Shown one piece after another: positions 27,524 through 41,785 of a DNA stretch of 64,000 nt. The position numbers and the translations under genes were made by a program. Within the stretch, counting starts at the first letter, position 1, and each line of letters opens with the position of its first letter. This DNA comes from Eledone cirrhosa. Taxonomy: Eukaryota. The notes under the pieces were generated by a model. It did not search any database and was not told the origin of the DNA. It worked only from the letters and a program-made list of their open reading frames with translations. The stretch covers positions 103,788,001 to 103,852,000 of the forward strand of contig OZ024740.1 in assembly GCA_964016885.1 (NCBI GenBank). Reading direction: 5' to 3'.

Positions 27524-27869
27524 AATATATACATATACATATGTGTGTATGTAGCGGGGGTCTTACATTAAAAACGAGATGGAAAACTTCCATCAACTGA
27601 GATTGTCCAACCAAATTATTAAACAACTCCCTCAAGTTATGTCTAAAATCTAAAATCAAGCAAAGGAGATAACACCAATAAGATAAGTTCATCCAAACTT
27701 TTGGACAATATTCACATTGCAAATTAGAGAGGATATGGTCTTTAAAACCAACTGGTAAGAGCAAAGGGTATAATCTGGTCTCAGTAAAGCAGATTTTACT
27801 GTCTGGAACAACAGGATGTTGTGTGTTTGTGTGTGTGTGTGCATGTGTATGTATATACATAACAATGAA

Positions 27870-28552
27870 GTTTTGTTTATATGTAGTTAGTTTTTTTATT
27901 TTTTATTGTGTATCAACCTGTCATGTGTTTCACAGAGGATTGTCTCAGGGTCACCCATAGCAGTTATGGACCTCACTCCATTATCGATCTGCTCTTCATA
28001 TTTGTCATTCAACAAACAATAGTGTTTATTGTGATTTATGAGATGATGGGTATATATAAACATCCATCCTATTTCTTTGCATGGGGTATTCCCCAATACC
28101 TGACAAAAACAACACTATGAATATCCCACACTTCCATATCAACACATGCATGTGCACACATATATAAACACCCAAATTAAAAACGAAGGCACAAACATAT
28201 ATAAACACCCAAATTAAAAAAAAGGCACAAACATATATGAATAAACACACACACAGACACATACACACATGAAAATATGTATGTATATACATACAAGTAG
28301 CTCTGCCTATGCACTCAAACACTTACATATGCCCACATCCATGAAAAGAAATAGGGCTGATGTTTATATATACCCATCATCTCACAAATCCCTACAAACA
28401 CTGTATTTTTTGTTAAATAGCCAGTCTGAAGAGCAAATGGATAATGGAGTCAGGTCCATAACTTCTATGAGTAACTCTGAGCCAATCCTCTGTGAAGCGC
28501 AGATAACAGGTTGATACACAATAAAAAAACTAACCACATGTAAACAAAACTG
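27870..28552. repeat. diverged inverted pair of about 215-bp pLTR-like units (27870-28085 minus; 28338-28552 plus) with decayed hammerhead cores
   Basis: Arms are reverse-complement homologues; each has (C)TGAAGAGCA...TCTGTGAA(A/G)C...ACAGG..AATAAA. Confidence 0.7.
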
Positions 28553-28724
28553 CATCGCTTTTCTTAATATATACACTCTGCCGGTGTATCAAGTGCTTAT
28601 TTTGGTACCACCACTGAATCACATACAATATATATATAGTAGTACTAGTAATAATAATAAATACAAAGACCAAAATCCAGAGAGGACTCAATAAGGGTTT
28701 TGTGTATAAATACATCATCCCCAT

Positions 28725-28784
<60 letters not shown>

Positions 28785-29524
28785 CCATAGAGCAAATATT
28801 TATTATTAACACAAATTAGAAATTATTTACTTAAACTTTTAATCTGTGTTAATAATTAATATATATATACACACAAATACACGCACATGTATGTATGTGT
28901 ATATTATTACTGAGACAAGAGATGAAGAAAAAAACAGAAAAATTATAATAAAACATACCCCAATTGGAAAACAAGAAAGGGGGAAAATACAGCAAAAACA
29001 AAAGCTAAAGAAAAATTTAAGAGAAGAAATGGTTATGACAATGATTCTGATGCATTGATTAGTTAATGTTAATTCTGTCACAAACCATTTTTAACTGTGA
29101 TGGTGAACCCCATTGTGAGTAGTGTTAGGGATTGGGAATACAGGATGGAGATTCACTCTTTCCTAGAAAATTTATGATAGCTAGGTTAAATTGGGGGGGG
29201 GGGGGGGGGGGGGGCTCAATTTAAATATCTTGCAGATAAATGAACCAAAAGTATACAAACAAAAACAAAACAAAAAATGGTCTTATGTCTGATTATGTAT
29301 TTGTAAAGGCAATAAGAATAGCAGTAAAATGAAAAGAAAAGGAAAGACAAGCTAGATTTGAAATTGGAACCTAAAATATTAAACATTTTAGTATGTAAGG
29401 AATAGGTTGGACAATTGAATTGTATCAACACCAAAACAATGAAATGAAGACTACAAAATATAACAAGACATTTTGCTTGATACTTTACTCTGTTTTCCTG
29501 CCACTCCACAGCACTAACAACATC

Positions 29525-30090
29525 AATAATAATAATAATTTCTAATACAGGTACAAGGTCAGCAATTTGAAGGGAAGGGGGATATCAATTAAATCAACCC
29601 CCCAGTGTGTTACTGGTACTTTATTTTATCGACCCCGTATGGATGAAAGGCAAAGCTAACCTCGGCACAATTTGAATGTAAAAGGCCGTAACTATATGCT
29701 GAAAAACTTGACTGACGCTCTACCAATACTGCCAATCTACTGCCCTACCAACATTAATAATAATTGTTTCTAATTTTGGCACAAGGCCAGCAATTATCCC
29801 AGTGCATTATTGGGGCTTTATTTTATTGACCCAGTAAGGATGAAAAGCAAGTTAACCTCGGCGGGATTTAAGCTCAGAACATAAAGGGTCATAACTATGC
29901 TGCATAGCTCTTATGATGATGATATTAATAATATCCAGCAATTTGGGGAGAGGGGAATTCTATTAAAATCAACCCCAGTTGTTGATTGGTACTTTATTTT
30001 ATTGACCCAGGGAAGATAAAAGGCAAAGTTGACGGAATTTAAACTTAGAACAAATGCTGCAAAGTATTTTGTCCAACACTCACTTTTCTG
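29525..30090 (-). mobile_element. three tandem SINE family B copies
   Basis: Three repeats of gcacaaggccagcaatt/ggtactttattttatcgaccc..gatgaaaggcaaag..cctcggc with (AAT)n tails. Confidence 0.8.
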
Positions 30091-31509
30091 TCAGACATTG
30101 ACATTGCCTGAAAAAGAGGGAAGGATCATAACTGGAACACTTTTGATCCTAAGTATTTAGTGTCTGGAGTGATTTTTGTCTCTAATCAATAACCAAATTA
30201 TTTTCCCTAGGTAAGTCATGTAGAATTTAGGTGGTTTTGTGAGTTGAATAGCCAACTAGACTCCATATGAGTAAAATACCAGATTCCCTATGCTTTCTTG
30301 GGAGGCCTTTGATTTGATTTGAACAAGAAACTGAATGAAACTCTGAAGGATATTGGAATAACTGTCAGTCAGTTGGTAGGGTTTTTGTCTCATTTAAATT
30401 GCAGTTCTGGAGATAGTGCACTAGTCCAAAGAACTTAGTATATCAAATGGTGTTATAAAACATTTAGGTAAATCACAACAGACATTCAAGTAACGTATGT
30501 CAGCACATATGTGCTTACAGACCATTGTGGCACTTTTATTGATGTCATATTATAAGGAGTTAGAAAAGGAATATACACACAAACCATACAGTAGAAACCA
30601 TGTCAACAATATCTTGCGAGTTGGCTTCAATTTGAGAAAACATTGTATATACATGGAGAGAAAGAGAAAGCGTGAGAGAGAGAGAGAGAGTTATAAAGAA
30701 AGAAAAAGGTAAAAGAAATGTTAATGAAAAGTAAATTAAAAGTAGAATATATCAAGAATAAGAGAATCAATGTTTTCCATAAGATAAAATAGATAAAACC
30801 TTCAATGTATCTCAAGATTTAACATTTCAAAATTAGACTAATCCTTTGGTACAATAGACCAACACAGATGTACACACATATACATAAAGGATATATTTCT
30901 GTAGTGAAATTAGCTACTTGAAAATGTTAAAATTACTAAATTTTGTTCTTCATAAATGCTAAATATTTAAGTGAAAACGTTTTTTTTTAAGGATTCAATT
31001 TGAAAAGTGTTTATTTCTGCAATTGACATAATATACATATTTGTATAAGTATGTAGTAATTAAATCTAGAATATTCTCACAGCTTCTAAAAGTCATTGAA
31101 ACAACTATACATGAAACTAATGAGAGAACCTTTATGTAGTCACTGAAACACATGTAATGATGAAATTTCTTCAATTAACTCTACATGAACAAGCCACTAA
31201 GGAATCAGCTATGTTTTCATTCAACCTGCTAACAATGGCAGTTCAATGTTTGCTATAATCACACCCTACCACCTTTAAAAAAAATTAAGGTTACATTGGA
31301 TAATGTAGGCTGTTATGGCTAGTTATGGTTATGGCATAAATCTGCTGGATCACAGCACACCTAAGGCTAAACAACAACCCCAAAACAATAGCTAATTCCT
31401 TGAAAACTAAAAACAACAAACAAAAAGAACTCCCATGAGCTAATAAAGGAACTTCTACATAGTTACTCCACATCATTAACAAAGAACATCTTATATAGTT
31501 AATGACTTG

Positions 31510-31769
31510 TTAACCATTTTGATACCAAACTGCCTGGAACCAACCTTGGTTCTATGATATAAAGCTATTTATTTTAAAGAGTTTATATTTATCTAAAATC
31601 CTTTCATCATAATTTTATGTAAGAATTTTTGTCATGTTCTAATTACTAACTTAATAAAGAGAAAGTTAGTTATATTACTAAATCTCTTCAAATTCTTGAT
31701 TATTTTCAAAATTCTTTTAAAACTATAAGCAGTGCCTTGTGTGTGCTAGAAATATAACAAATGGGTTAA
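31510..31769. mobile_element. TTAA-flanked MITE (piggyBac-like ends)
   Basis: TTAACCATTTT ... AAATGGGTTAA; a similar left end lies near 2741. Confidence 0.45.
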
Positions 31770-33389
31770 TTGTAAAAGCCTTATCCAACAATAACTCTAC
31801 AATGACTAATGTTATCAGACCTCCTTTTTCTTTATTTCATCTTCTCAACACTATTATTTTTCACAATTAGTCTGGAATATTTATTAGTCTGGAATATTTA
31901 GAAAAACGAATGTTGTCTTATGATGCCCTATATCGGAGATGAGTTAACCCATGACTAGGACATTCGTCAAATGATTCATTAATTAATCTTTCTGTGTACT
32001 ATATAGGTCTACTGAAGCAGAGCGGACCAAAAACAACAGCAACAACAACGATGATGACAACAGCTACAGCTAAAACTGATGGCAGTAAAACAAATCCTAT
32101 TTCAACATGAGCCCACTTTCCTAATATGTGTTGGGTTTCTCTCTTTGATTCCTTAGATTCATATTTAGATCAACAGGGGTTTCATGCAGTAATAGAATAT
32201 ACCTGGTGGGAAATTAATATAATTAAACGGAAATTTAAAAAAAATAATAATAATAAAAGAATAAAATAAATATTGAAGTGTTCTATATAATGGTTGCTTT
32301 AGTAAAGACAAATAATCAGCATCAATATTCATAAAACACTTCATTAAGGTGGATGTTAGAAAGTAGGGTTTAAAAAAAATATAATTAAGACATGAAACCA
32401 GGTCTATTCTATCAGTTTATAAGTAGAAAAGTTATATCTTAGTTGAAATATCATGCAGCTTTCTCACAGCCAGGTTATTTATTCTTCAGATGTTGGTTGG
32501 AACAAATTTGCATAAAAACAAGGTCACATTGCTTCCCTTACTTATCCTAAGCCAGACAATAACAGTTGTTTGATTGTTGTGTGGGAACCAACCAACAGTG
32601 GTTTCAACATGAACCAAATAGTACTGATTCCTTATTCTACTGGAACCAGTTCCACTTGTCAGCTGCTGTTGCCACAAACTATTTACTAATAGTCTACAAT
32701 TAAACACTGACAATGATAAGTGATCTACAAAATCAAGTGTTGCATCTAACTCAAGCTAGTCACCATTTGCTTGCTATCCAATCCAATATTCACAAAACTA
32801 CTTAAGAATCTAAGGGACAAACTTCTGAAACAGTCTTGACTGTTTTCCACAGTAGCACTTGGTAGCTGTTTTTATATGTCAGCTGCCAAGGAACTATCAG
32901 TGCTTTTATGAACAAGCAGCCAAATCATTCCAGAGCTTTGTGGATCAGGTTTAGAAGAGGTACACTGTATACTTGTATGTCATAACTAAAAGACTGGCAT
33001 GTGACCATAAACATTGACACAAAAAAGGACTCTATGATGAGAAGGAAGCCTTTCATAAGACCATATAAAGCTACCCTCTGCCTTAGCAGGGGGAAATGGC
33101 CTTAAAACAGTACTTGCTATCAATTTATTTAGGGAGTTGATAGTACAGAGAAAGAGGAACTATTATTAATTTTATTACATTAACTGCTGTCACAGTTGCT
33201 GAAGACTAAATTTTGGGGTTTGTTGATGTCTCATTCCTAACAATAATTCTCTGCATCTTTTAGTGATAATCCTCTCACTCTACATTAGGTACCAGTTGTC
33301 TCCCACTATGTGCTGCACACCCCACATAAATTTATTAAAGAAGCAAGTGAAAGAGAAACAGACCCATTTCTTCCTTTCCGTGTCTGGTT

Positions 33390-33427
<38 letters not shown>

Positions 33428-33428
33428 T

Positions 33429-33461
<33 letters not shown>

Positions 33462-33523
33462 CATAAGAGTGTAAGTCCCTGTGTGTGTGTGGGTGTGTGT
33501 GTGTGTGTATATGTGTATGTGTG

Positions 33524-33575
<52 letters not shown>

Positions 33576-33846
33576 TATTTATATATATATATTTAGGTTA
33601 ATGCCTTACTTTGGCTTCAGTATGTATTATTTAGAGCAAGCTCAGGCATGCAGAAGGAAAAATGTAGGTTACTAACCTTTCACCCCTTTTTTTTTTAAAT
33701 GACAAAACATAGAAAATAATAATTAAGAAAATCTCGTTAACAATGGCAGACAACAATTTTCAATTACAGAGGAATTAAATATTCAAAATAGAAAACAGAA
33801 TTTATATTGCATCGAAGTGAAAGTTGGAAATGTATATATATATACT

Positions 33847-33878
<32 letters not shown>

Positions 33879-34844
33879 CATACACACACAAAACTCACAT
33901 ATATATATATTTGTGTGTGTGTATATATTTATATATAAGTATATACACATATATATATATAGAGAGAAAGAAAGAGAAATACAATACGGTGAAAATACAC
34001 AGCACGAGACACACAATAAAATGAACATTTGCATTGCAAATCTCGATGTTTTAATCAATAATTGCTACAGTTGTAACTTACTGGTAATAAAAGGTTACTC
34101 TAGTTTACAATAGATAAATATTAACGATAATAATGGTTTCTCACATTTAAAAAAATAATGACTTCTAATATTGTTACTACTACTACTAATAATGATAACA
34201 ATTATAAATTATATATTGATTATATATTGATGATGATGATAATAATAAATCACCAAGTAAATAACTGGCTTGCATGTACTCATTCAGTCTCCATGCATTA
34301 CTGATTTGTGAGTTAAACAGCTGTTATCATGTGAAGGACAAATCCAGCTATTAACAGAGTTTATCATGAAAACCAACCCATTGCCTCCCTTTGGCAAGGA
34401 AAAGCAAGCAGTTTTTCTTTGTCTAGTGGCTATGCCAAAGACAGTTATGTGGTGAATGCAGTTGAAAGATTTGAGAAAGGAGCTTTTCCTCTCAAGTTAA
34501 GCCCTCATCATTTAATTCAAGTTTCACACGAAGAGGAAGCCAGCACAGTGTTTCACTTCAGTAGCTTTAATACACTGCTAGGTTGGCAGCAAGAACTAAG
34601 ATAAAATGCTTTTGGTGTGTTAGGGTAATTTGGGGTGGTATCTCATGCTAATTCCTTTATGTAGTTACACATAAGGGAGTTACCATGAGTTCCCAATGTG
34701 GTTGCACTTTATTTTAGGGATACTTTTGATGCTCTATATTATTATTGAAATTAATTGGCACCTAATTAGTAATGTGTCTTTACTGTTATTGTTGATCTTG
34801 CACTTTTACTTTATGTAATCCTCCCCACCACCACCCTGATTTTT

Positions 34845-34975
34845 TCTATTCTGTTTCACTTTTGTATTGCTCTCTATGTCTTGCCTCACCCCCTATTTTG
34901 TTTCACTTTTGTATTGCCCTCTATGCCTTGGGCCCTTTATTCTGTTTCACCTTTGTATTGCCCTCTATGCTTTGG
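34845..34975. repeat. about 43-bp tandem repeat x3
   Basis: tattctgtttcacttttgtattgc(t/c)ctctatg repeated three times. Confidence 0.85.
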
Positions 34976-35647
34976 GCCTCAGTGGCCAATAAAAGCAATC
35001 ATTATTTTGCTAGAATCTATACTTACATGCACACATAGAAGCACCTATATGCATTCATGTGTACATACAGTCTTAAATTGTAGACAAAGCTGAAGGAAGG
35101 AAAGTGTGTGTATGCTTTTGAACTGCAGATTCTGTTAATGTTTCATCATCGTTAGTCAATTAATGACTATAATTAGTCCGACTAGCTGAAAAATAAGAGC
35201 TGAAGAAATCCTTTCTATTTCATTTTATTTTTATTGTCTTTTTCACTTGTGTTTCTCTCATCCAGAAATTTATAACAAAAGAACGTATATTTGCGATATT
35301 GAGTAATTAAATAATTTATTTGTGCAATTAGAAAATAAAAGAAATCATCACAGAATAATAAAACAACAACAACAATAATAATAATAAAAATAACAATTAT
35401 AATAATAGAAGTATAAACAAGTGTAGAAATGAAAAGAATAATATAGAAGATCCATCAAACAATCTTCATAGATTAATTTACTGGATTTTAGCAAAAGGGT
35501 TTCTTGCAGGAAGCTGATGGCATATAGGACAGTTATACACATTGTGTATAGTTCACAAAGGTGGGAGTGGGGGGTTTGAATTATAGTCTTCCAATTTATA
35601 TATTGTATTGAAAGTGTATGCATGTATGGAAGTAAATGCTAACATAC

Positions 35648-35719
35648 TTGAGGTAGAAAGTGAAGAAATTTTAACTATAAATACAACCTTACTGATAAGA
35701 ACAGTAATTTTCTGAATGG
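35648..35719 (-). CDS. candidate phase 1-1 cassette exon: 27 nt (35693-35719, xIQKITVLI) or 72 nt with the distal donor
   Basis: Long T-rich tract ...ttttttttattaaacctag|CCATTCAG. Donors gtaagg (after 27 nt) and gtatgt (after 72 nt) are both frame-preserving and stop-free. Confidence 0.35.
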
Positions 35720-37319
35720 CTAGGTTTAATAAAAAAAAAAACGAAAAAAACAAACAAGAATGAAAAGTGGGGAGTGAATGTTGACCTATAATTTTTATTA
35801 ATTCTAGTTAAATATTAAATGTAGTGGAGAGTGATCTTCAGTAGAACAGTAACAATTCTAGACATGTTTCACCATTATTGTGCTTTTTCAGTGAAGCCTA
35901 ATTTAACCATTGCACACACACCTCTCTCTCCACTGCATTCTATATTTAATTTTAATATTTCAGGGTTGTCTAGCTTGTCTTTATTTTTCCACTATAATTA
36001 GCCCTTCAGAAAGTGGTTGTTTCCATTCCAATGGTTGTAATTTTAATTAGTCAAAATTTCTTCACCTAGTACATTAAGTATGTTAGTGCTCACTTTACTA
36101 TTAAGTGTTTATGTAGTAGGCAACCGTGAATATTTATTTTCTCCCCAGTTATTTTTTTGATTTATAATATAACTTCATGTTCATTCACAAAAACCTTATG
36201 CACTTCTCAATTCATTCCAAACCTGCAGTAATGGTTAAGTTCTATTCAACAAGTATCCCTAGATATTTGCCTCAAATCATACACGCACGTGTGGTGTGGT
36301 GTGGTGTGGTGTGGTGTGGTGTGGTGTGGTGTGGTGTGTGTGTGTGTGTGTGCGTGTGTGTGTGTTAAAATGGTAAATAAGAAAGAAAAATGTGCGTGAC
36401 AGAGACAAATAGGATTTTATCTAATACCCCTTGGGTCATTAGGAGGGTGAGTAGTTGCAGTTGTGGCATCCATGCTTACCCATAGTTTACCAAAGTTTCT
36501 GACATTTCCTATGTGACTTTTATATACTATATTTGAATTCTATCCCAGCTAATTCAAATGAATTTGAATTAAATTCTGCCACTGATACAAAAAACACATT
36601 TTTGTGGAGAAGAGGCTATTCCCATACTAAATATTTGTGACCAGAACACTTAGTACAATAGAAAAAATTGACTTTTCTGGCCCATATCTAGTTATTATGT
36701 AGCACTTTCATGAGACACTTATGAAAGTGTTTTGAAATGTAAGCAGATAAACATAATTTTAGGAAGTATGAAAAATGACTGAAAAGTGATAAAATGGATA
36801 GATCAAACATTAATCTCACTTAACCCTATCACTAATTTTTCCTTCTCTGCATGTCCAAAATGTTGGTGAATACTTTTTATGCATACACAAGTACACACAC
36901 ATATATGTACTCATGTCAGTATGGAAAAACAGCCATTACTGCACCCACCACTCATGCCCCCTCCAAAATCACTCCTTCACTACTACCCCCTCTAAAAACT
37001 TTAGTTATCCTCACCATTGTACCCAAGTAGTTACTCTATCTACCCCTTGTTCAACACCCACTATCACCCCTTACGCCCTCTAAAGATCTTAGATATTCTC
37101 ACCATTGCAGCCTAGTAGCTATTCTCTCTGCCCCTCCATCCCATTACCACCCCTTATCCCCTACCTATCTCTCCATCATGCCCTCACCCTCACCATATTG
37201 ACAACATCCATCACACCACTACATCTCCATATATTAATCAGCCATCCCTATCCATCTTCACAAAAACCTATAACTTAATAGCTATCTCCCTCCCCTATTG
37301 CCCCCTTCCTAGAGCTGAG

Positions 37320-37830
37320 AGGGTTCTACAGTTGGGTCTATGACCAACAAGCTTTCTAGTGAAGCTGCCATGAAAATGCATCCAGTACACTCTGTATGGG
37401 TGGTTGGCAACATGCAGGGCACTTTGCTGTAGAAACTATGCCTAAAAGCGTTGAGAGGACCCTTCAGTATCAATGACACAACAAACTCTCTAGTGTTGGG
37501 AGGATCCTTTAATTATGTCAAGGGCATGACACCCTGCAGTGTGCTAGTGATCTACACAATAAAAGCACCCAGTATATGCTGTAAAGTGGTTAGTATTAGG
37601 AAGGACATCCAGCTATAGAAAGCTTGCCAAACAAGGGGTTGGGAGGATCTTTCAGTTTGTGTCTAAAGACATAACTTTTCCTCTGCACTAGATAATGATC
37701 ATACATAATTGGGATGCAGACCTCCTTGGCCTGTCTGGGATGTCTGTAGCCCCACTTTAGTACTGACCTGGTCTATGTAAACCTGTCCAACCCTTGCTAG
37801 TAGGGAAAGCGAATGTTAAATTATTATGAT
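37320..37830 (+). mobile_element. old RTE-3'UTR/SINE-related fragment with repeated module
   Basis: aaaagcacccag..ctgtaaagtggttagtattaggaaggacatccagc and terminal ccaacccttgctagtagggaaagcgaatgttaaa. Confidence 0.6.
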
Positions 37831-37881
37831 ACACACGCATACATATATATGCACACACATGTACACACACACACACACACC

Positions 37882-37928
<47 letters not shown>

Positions 37929-37946
37929 GTGTGTGCGTGTGCGTAC

Positions 37947-37982
<36 letters not shown>

Positions 37983-38780
37983 TTATATATGTGTGTGTCT
38001 ATTCATAGATTTCTATATGTCAGGTTGCTCTTGACTGTTACTGGAAATATGTAATTCACTATAGCCTGTTGTATGGTTCCCCTGATATATTACCATTGTT
38101 TTTATGGATTGGATGAGATGTTTTGAAGCAATTTTCTCTCACACATACAGGCATTGCATTGTTCATGCAGAATACACAGTTTATTAAGGGTGGAGTTCTT
38201 TTCTACATGTTTGTTTTAGAATGTATAACTAGAATGAACCATGTTTAATGTTGAGCTATTCAGAATTTTAACCTGATGGATGTAAGAAAATCAGACAAAT
38301 TGAATATTAAACTAGTTAATAGATATTATTGTCATGCAATTAGCTGTACATGCCATATACTAATTTCCACAAGAACATGTCTGTGTGTGAATAGTGTAAG
38401 AGATGAGTGTTTGACTGAAAGTTATAAAGTCTTCCATTAATCTTGGGGTTAATTTAGCTAGTTCCATATTCTGCTTAAAAGCAAACAAACCTTAAACACA
38501 CACAGAACAAAAAAACTCCACATTAACAATATTTAATAGATGGGATCTCTGATCATAAACAGCTTACACCTGATTGATACAAGGTTAATAATCAGTTTCT
38601 TGTTAGAGAAAAAAAGTAGGACCAATGGTGCAATGGAGGGGTTCACTCAGTACTTTAAAGACAAGTAAAAAACCATAGTTACACAAAACTATAAATCAGT
38701 TAGTTGATTTTATTCCTCGGGCAGTACATTAGTTGTTAAAAACTAGAAGAATGACAACAACAACATCAATTGACTAAACT

Positions 38781-38820
<40 letters not shown>

Positions 38821-39862
38821 TTCTTTTTTGTGTATGTGATTTTTATTTTTAATTAGTAGTCTTTGTAGATGGGTATATAATTATTGAATGAATTCTATCT
38901 GTACAAAAGTATTGATTCTGTTACTAGAGACATATTAGAATGTCATATGATGTATATAAGGCACATTTTAGACTTGCAAGGACAGGAGAATCAGAGAGGC
39001 TGTGGTGTACATTGAAAGTGAATAATCATTTTTTATGATAATGTTTAAAGGGGAGTGGAAATGAGATAGTGAAACATTGTCAAGGTGAGTTATTTTTAAT
39101 AAGATTATAATTTTCTGGGCTTTATAATTCCATCATAATAGATGAAACATATTTTAATATAAACAACATTTTGATAGGTTTCCATCTCTGATTGTTATCA
39201 GGAATTTCATTCTTGGGACTTGACTAAGGATGAGTCTGGTACCTCATACACAAAAAACCTAATGACAACCAGAGATCAAATTCTTTGAAACATAGTGTAA
39301 ATACAAACATAAAAAAAAATGTTCCATCCTTAATGATGGGTTAATAGATTAAAAATTTATAATTTTATTGTGTAGCATTCATTTTCTAAGGTCATTAGAA
39401 ATGATTGAAAGGAAACAATGATGCTGACTCAGTTCATAGGTAATGTTCACAAAGTGTTGTATATTTATATAACGTGGGGGGAAAAGCATTATAAAGTTTC
39501 AGCAATTCTATAGCCCTTATTGAACAGATTTTTGTCAATGCAGTCCATAGTTCCCTTAAATTCTAGTATCTTTCTCAGCTCGATGGAAGCTTCTTCAACA
39601 CATACTTCTAACACATCACTGCAGTAATAATTATTTATAAGTTTGCTAGAGAACACAAATCTAGGAGAGTGTGCTTAAGTACTCCAGTACTTAAAAGGAA
39701 CATATTTCATCATTTCTGGAAGAATGAAAAGTAAAGCTGACCATTGTGGGAATAGCATTCAGAACTTGAAGCGATGCAACTAAATACCACTGAGTTTTCA
39801 TTCAATGCCAGTAGTGAACCTAGTTGTTAATAATAGCAATAATAAAAACTAGTGTATCAAAA

Positions 39863-40788
39863 TTAAAATCTCTGTAGTTTTCTAGGTGCTCCATACATGG
39901 GCGTTGACAATATATTTTCAAAACCAACAGTATCTGATACATTTCGAAGATTGTAGTCAGATGATGAAAACCTTTGATTAAACCTGGGCATTAAAAATGA
40001 ATCATTGCTTCTATATGAAGGAGACAGATGTGTATTTATATCCTCCAGATTTCTGTCAGGTGACACTGGAACTAGTGGGGAAATGTCATATAAACATGGC
40101 ATTGAAATACTACCATACATGCTTGATGGTTGAGGAGCATAATTAGAAGACATGTTACTATACTGTTCAAAACGAGACCTAGGTTTCACTGGTGATGGCA
40201 TATAGTGTTGCCTTTGATTTTGGCCAACTGGGAAATATTTCATTTGATCATAGGAATCTTGAGGTCGAAGTTCAGGTAAATCTTGAAATCCTAGCTTACA
40301 ATAATTCGGTGGTGACCTTAAGGATGGTAGATTGGAAAGATAATTATATGTTTCAACATTAGAACTAGTTTTGAAGTGATGTGGAGCTATATAGGTATTA
40401 GCTTTAGCTCCCATAGTGAATGGCTCAAATGTAGGCAAACCAGTTCCTCTGTCATTAAAGGTCGCCATTTCATAGAGGTGTTGGGGGTTGTTCCTTGCTA
40501 CATATGGAGTTTGCTTTGGCTGATATGGAGGAGCTGTCTTGAATTTAGGTGGTTCCTCTGGTAGGTCAATTGGTTTTGCTCTCATCGGAACTCTATGGCA
40601 TGGCTTAGAAACCAGCCTGGGAGATGGGGATGAGACCATACCCATGTCATCTAATGGAGGAGCAGAAGGTTGAGGCCGAGCCGCTGCATCAGTAATCGAA
40701 GGTTTATAGGTTGGTACTTGATCTTCTCCATATACATTCAATTTTCTTAGATGTTCATTCAAATTTTCTGAACTAATTTCACTAAAGT
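39863..40788 (-). CDS. 926-nt stop-terminated coding exon (about 308 aa, Pro/Ser/Tyr-rich, probably disordered); probable alternative terminal exon of CaMKII
   Basis: Only long non-repetitive, non-TE ORF in the window (313 aa in the track). It is preceded by tttctctcatctcttgtttatttatgtcattgttgctag|AC, a phase-1 acceptor matching the phase at the end of the RNFS exon. TAA at 39863-39865; minus-strand AATAAA near 39364-39369. Confidence 0.7.
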
Positions 40789-41373
40789 CTAGCAACAATG
40801 ACATAAATAAACAAGAGATGAGAGAAAGTAGACTAAAATATGGCTATATATTCCTACGATTGGTATATAAGGATTGCAAGGGAGTAACTAAGAGTAAAGC
40901 AAAATATACAATGGCTAATAGTGCTATGATGAGCAACTAAACTTCATATATTTAGTATTTTGATATAAAAACTCAGGTGAAAGGTTTCATAAGGATGGGG
41001 TTGGAGATCTGAAGAGCGTGAATCTAATACAGAGGGAGAAACTATACCAAAGTTGATGTTTTATGATGTAAAGTATGAGGGTAACTAAATATGATGTGTG
41101 AATTAGTGAGTAAGACAATGATAAAGAAAAGACTACTGATTGATAGATATAATTATTCAAATACTAATCTGAACACGTTAGTGAAATGATGAAAGTCAAC
41201 TTACAAATCAATAAACATAGCATTTCTGTATTCTAACACACATACTCATACACTAAACAAACATGGCATGACAGAATACAAAGAGGTTAATGATAAATTG
41301 GTTTAGTTATCTATTGAAGTAAATATGCAACCATGTACACACACACAATTTTGTGTGTATGTGCGACAGTGTA

Positions 41374-41410
<37 letters not shown>

Positions 41411-41596
41411 CACACACACACACATACATATACAGGGTGGAAAATAGACCATTCCAAAACACAATAGACCATTTCAAAATACAATAACTCTCTCATTTAT
41501 TAAAAATTAATTGTAAAAAAGTTATTCTATTTAAAAATGGTCGTGACTTTTGGGCGATCCTGTGTGTGTGAGCGTGTGTATATATATATATATCTC

Positions 41597-41785
41597 ATGA
41601 CAAAAAGCACCCAGCCCACAGTGTAAAGTGATTATGTAGGAATCATGACAAAAAGTACCCACCACACACTGTAAATGTGGTTGGTGTTAGTAAGGGCATC
41701 CATCTGTAGAAACCAAGCGAGAAACGAGATAACATATCTAAACCATGCTAGCATAGAAAATGGACATTAAACGATGATGGTGATA
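41597..41785 (+). mobile_element. RTE/SINE 3' module stub
   Basis: Two module units, ggtgttagtaagggcatcc and a catgctagcatagaaaatggacattaaacgatg tail. Confidence 0.7.

Noticed and set aside
27567-27802. 236-nt minus-strand open segment with AG/GT ends in phase 1
   Set aside because: Acceptor lacks a real pyrimidine tract (CA repeat upstream) and the peptide is not linker-like; probably chance or a TE remnant.
29193-29215. Poly-G run (possible G-quadruplex)
   Set aside because: Simple homopolymer with no supporting context; its length is unreliable in assemblies.
36480-36508. Good minus-strand donor (GG|gtaagc)
   Set aside because: No pyrimidine-rich acceptor upstream.
41433-41562. Possible Tc1-like MITE (CAGGGTGG...GATCCTG)
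   Set aside because: TIRs too degenerate to call with confidence.
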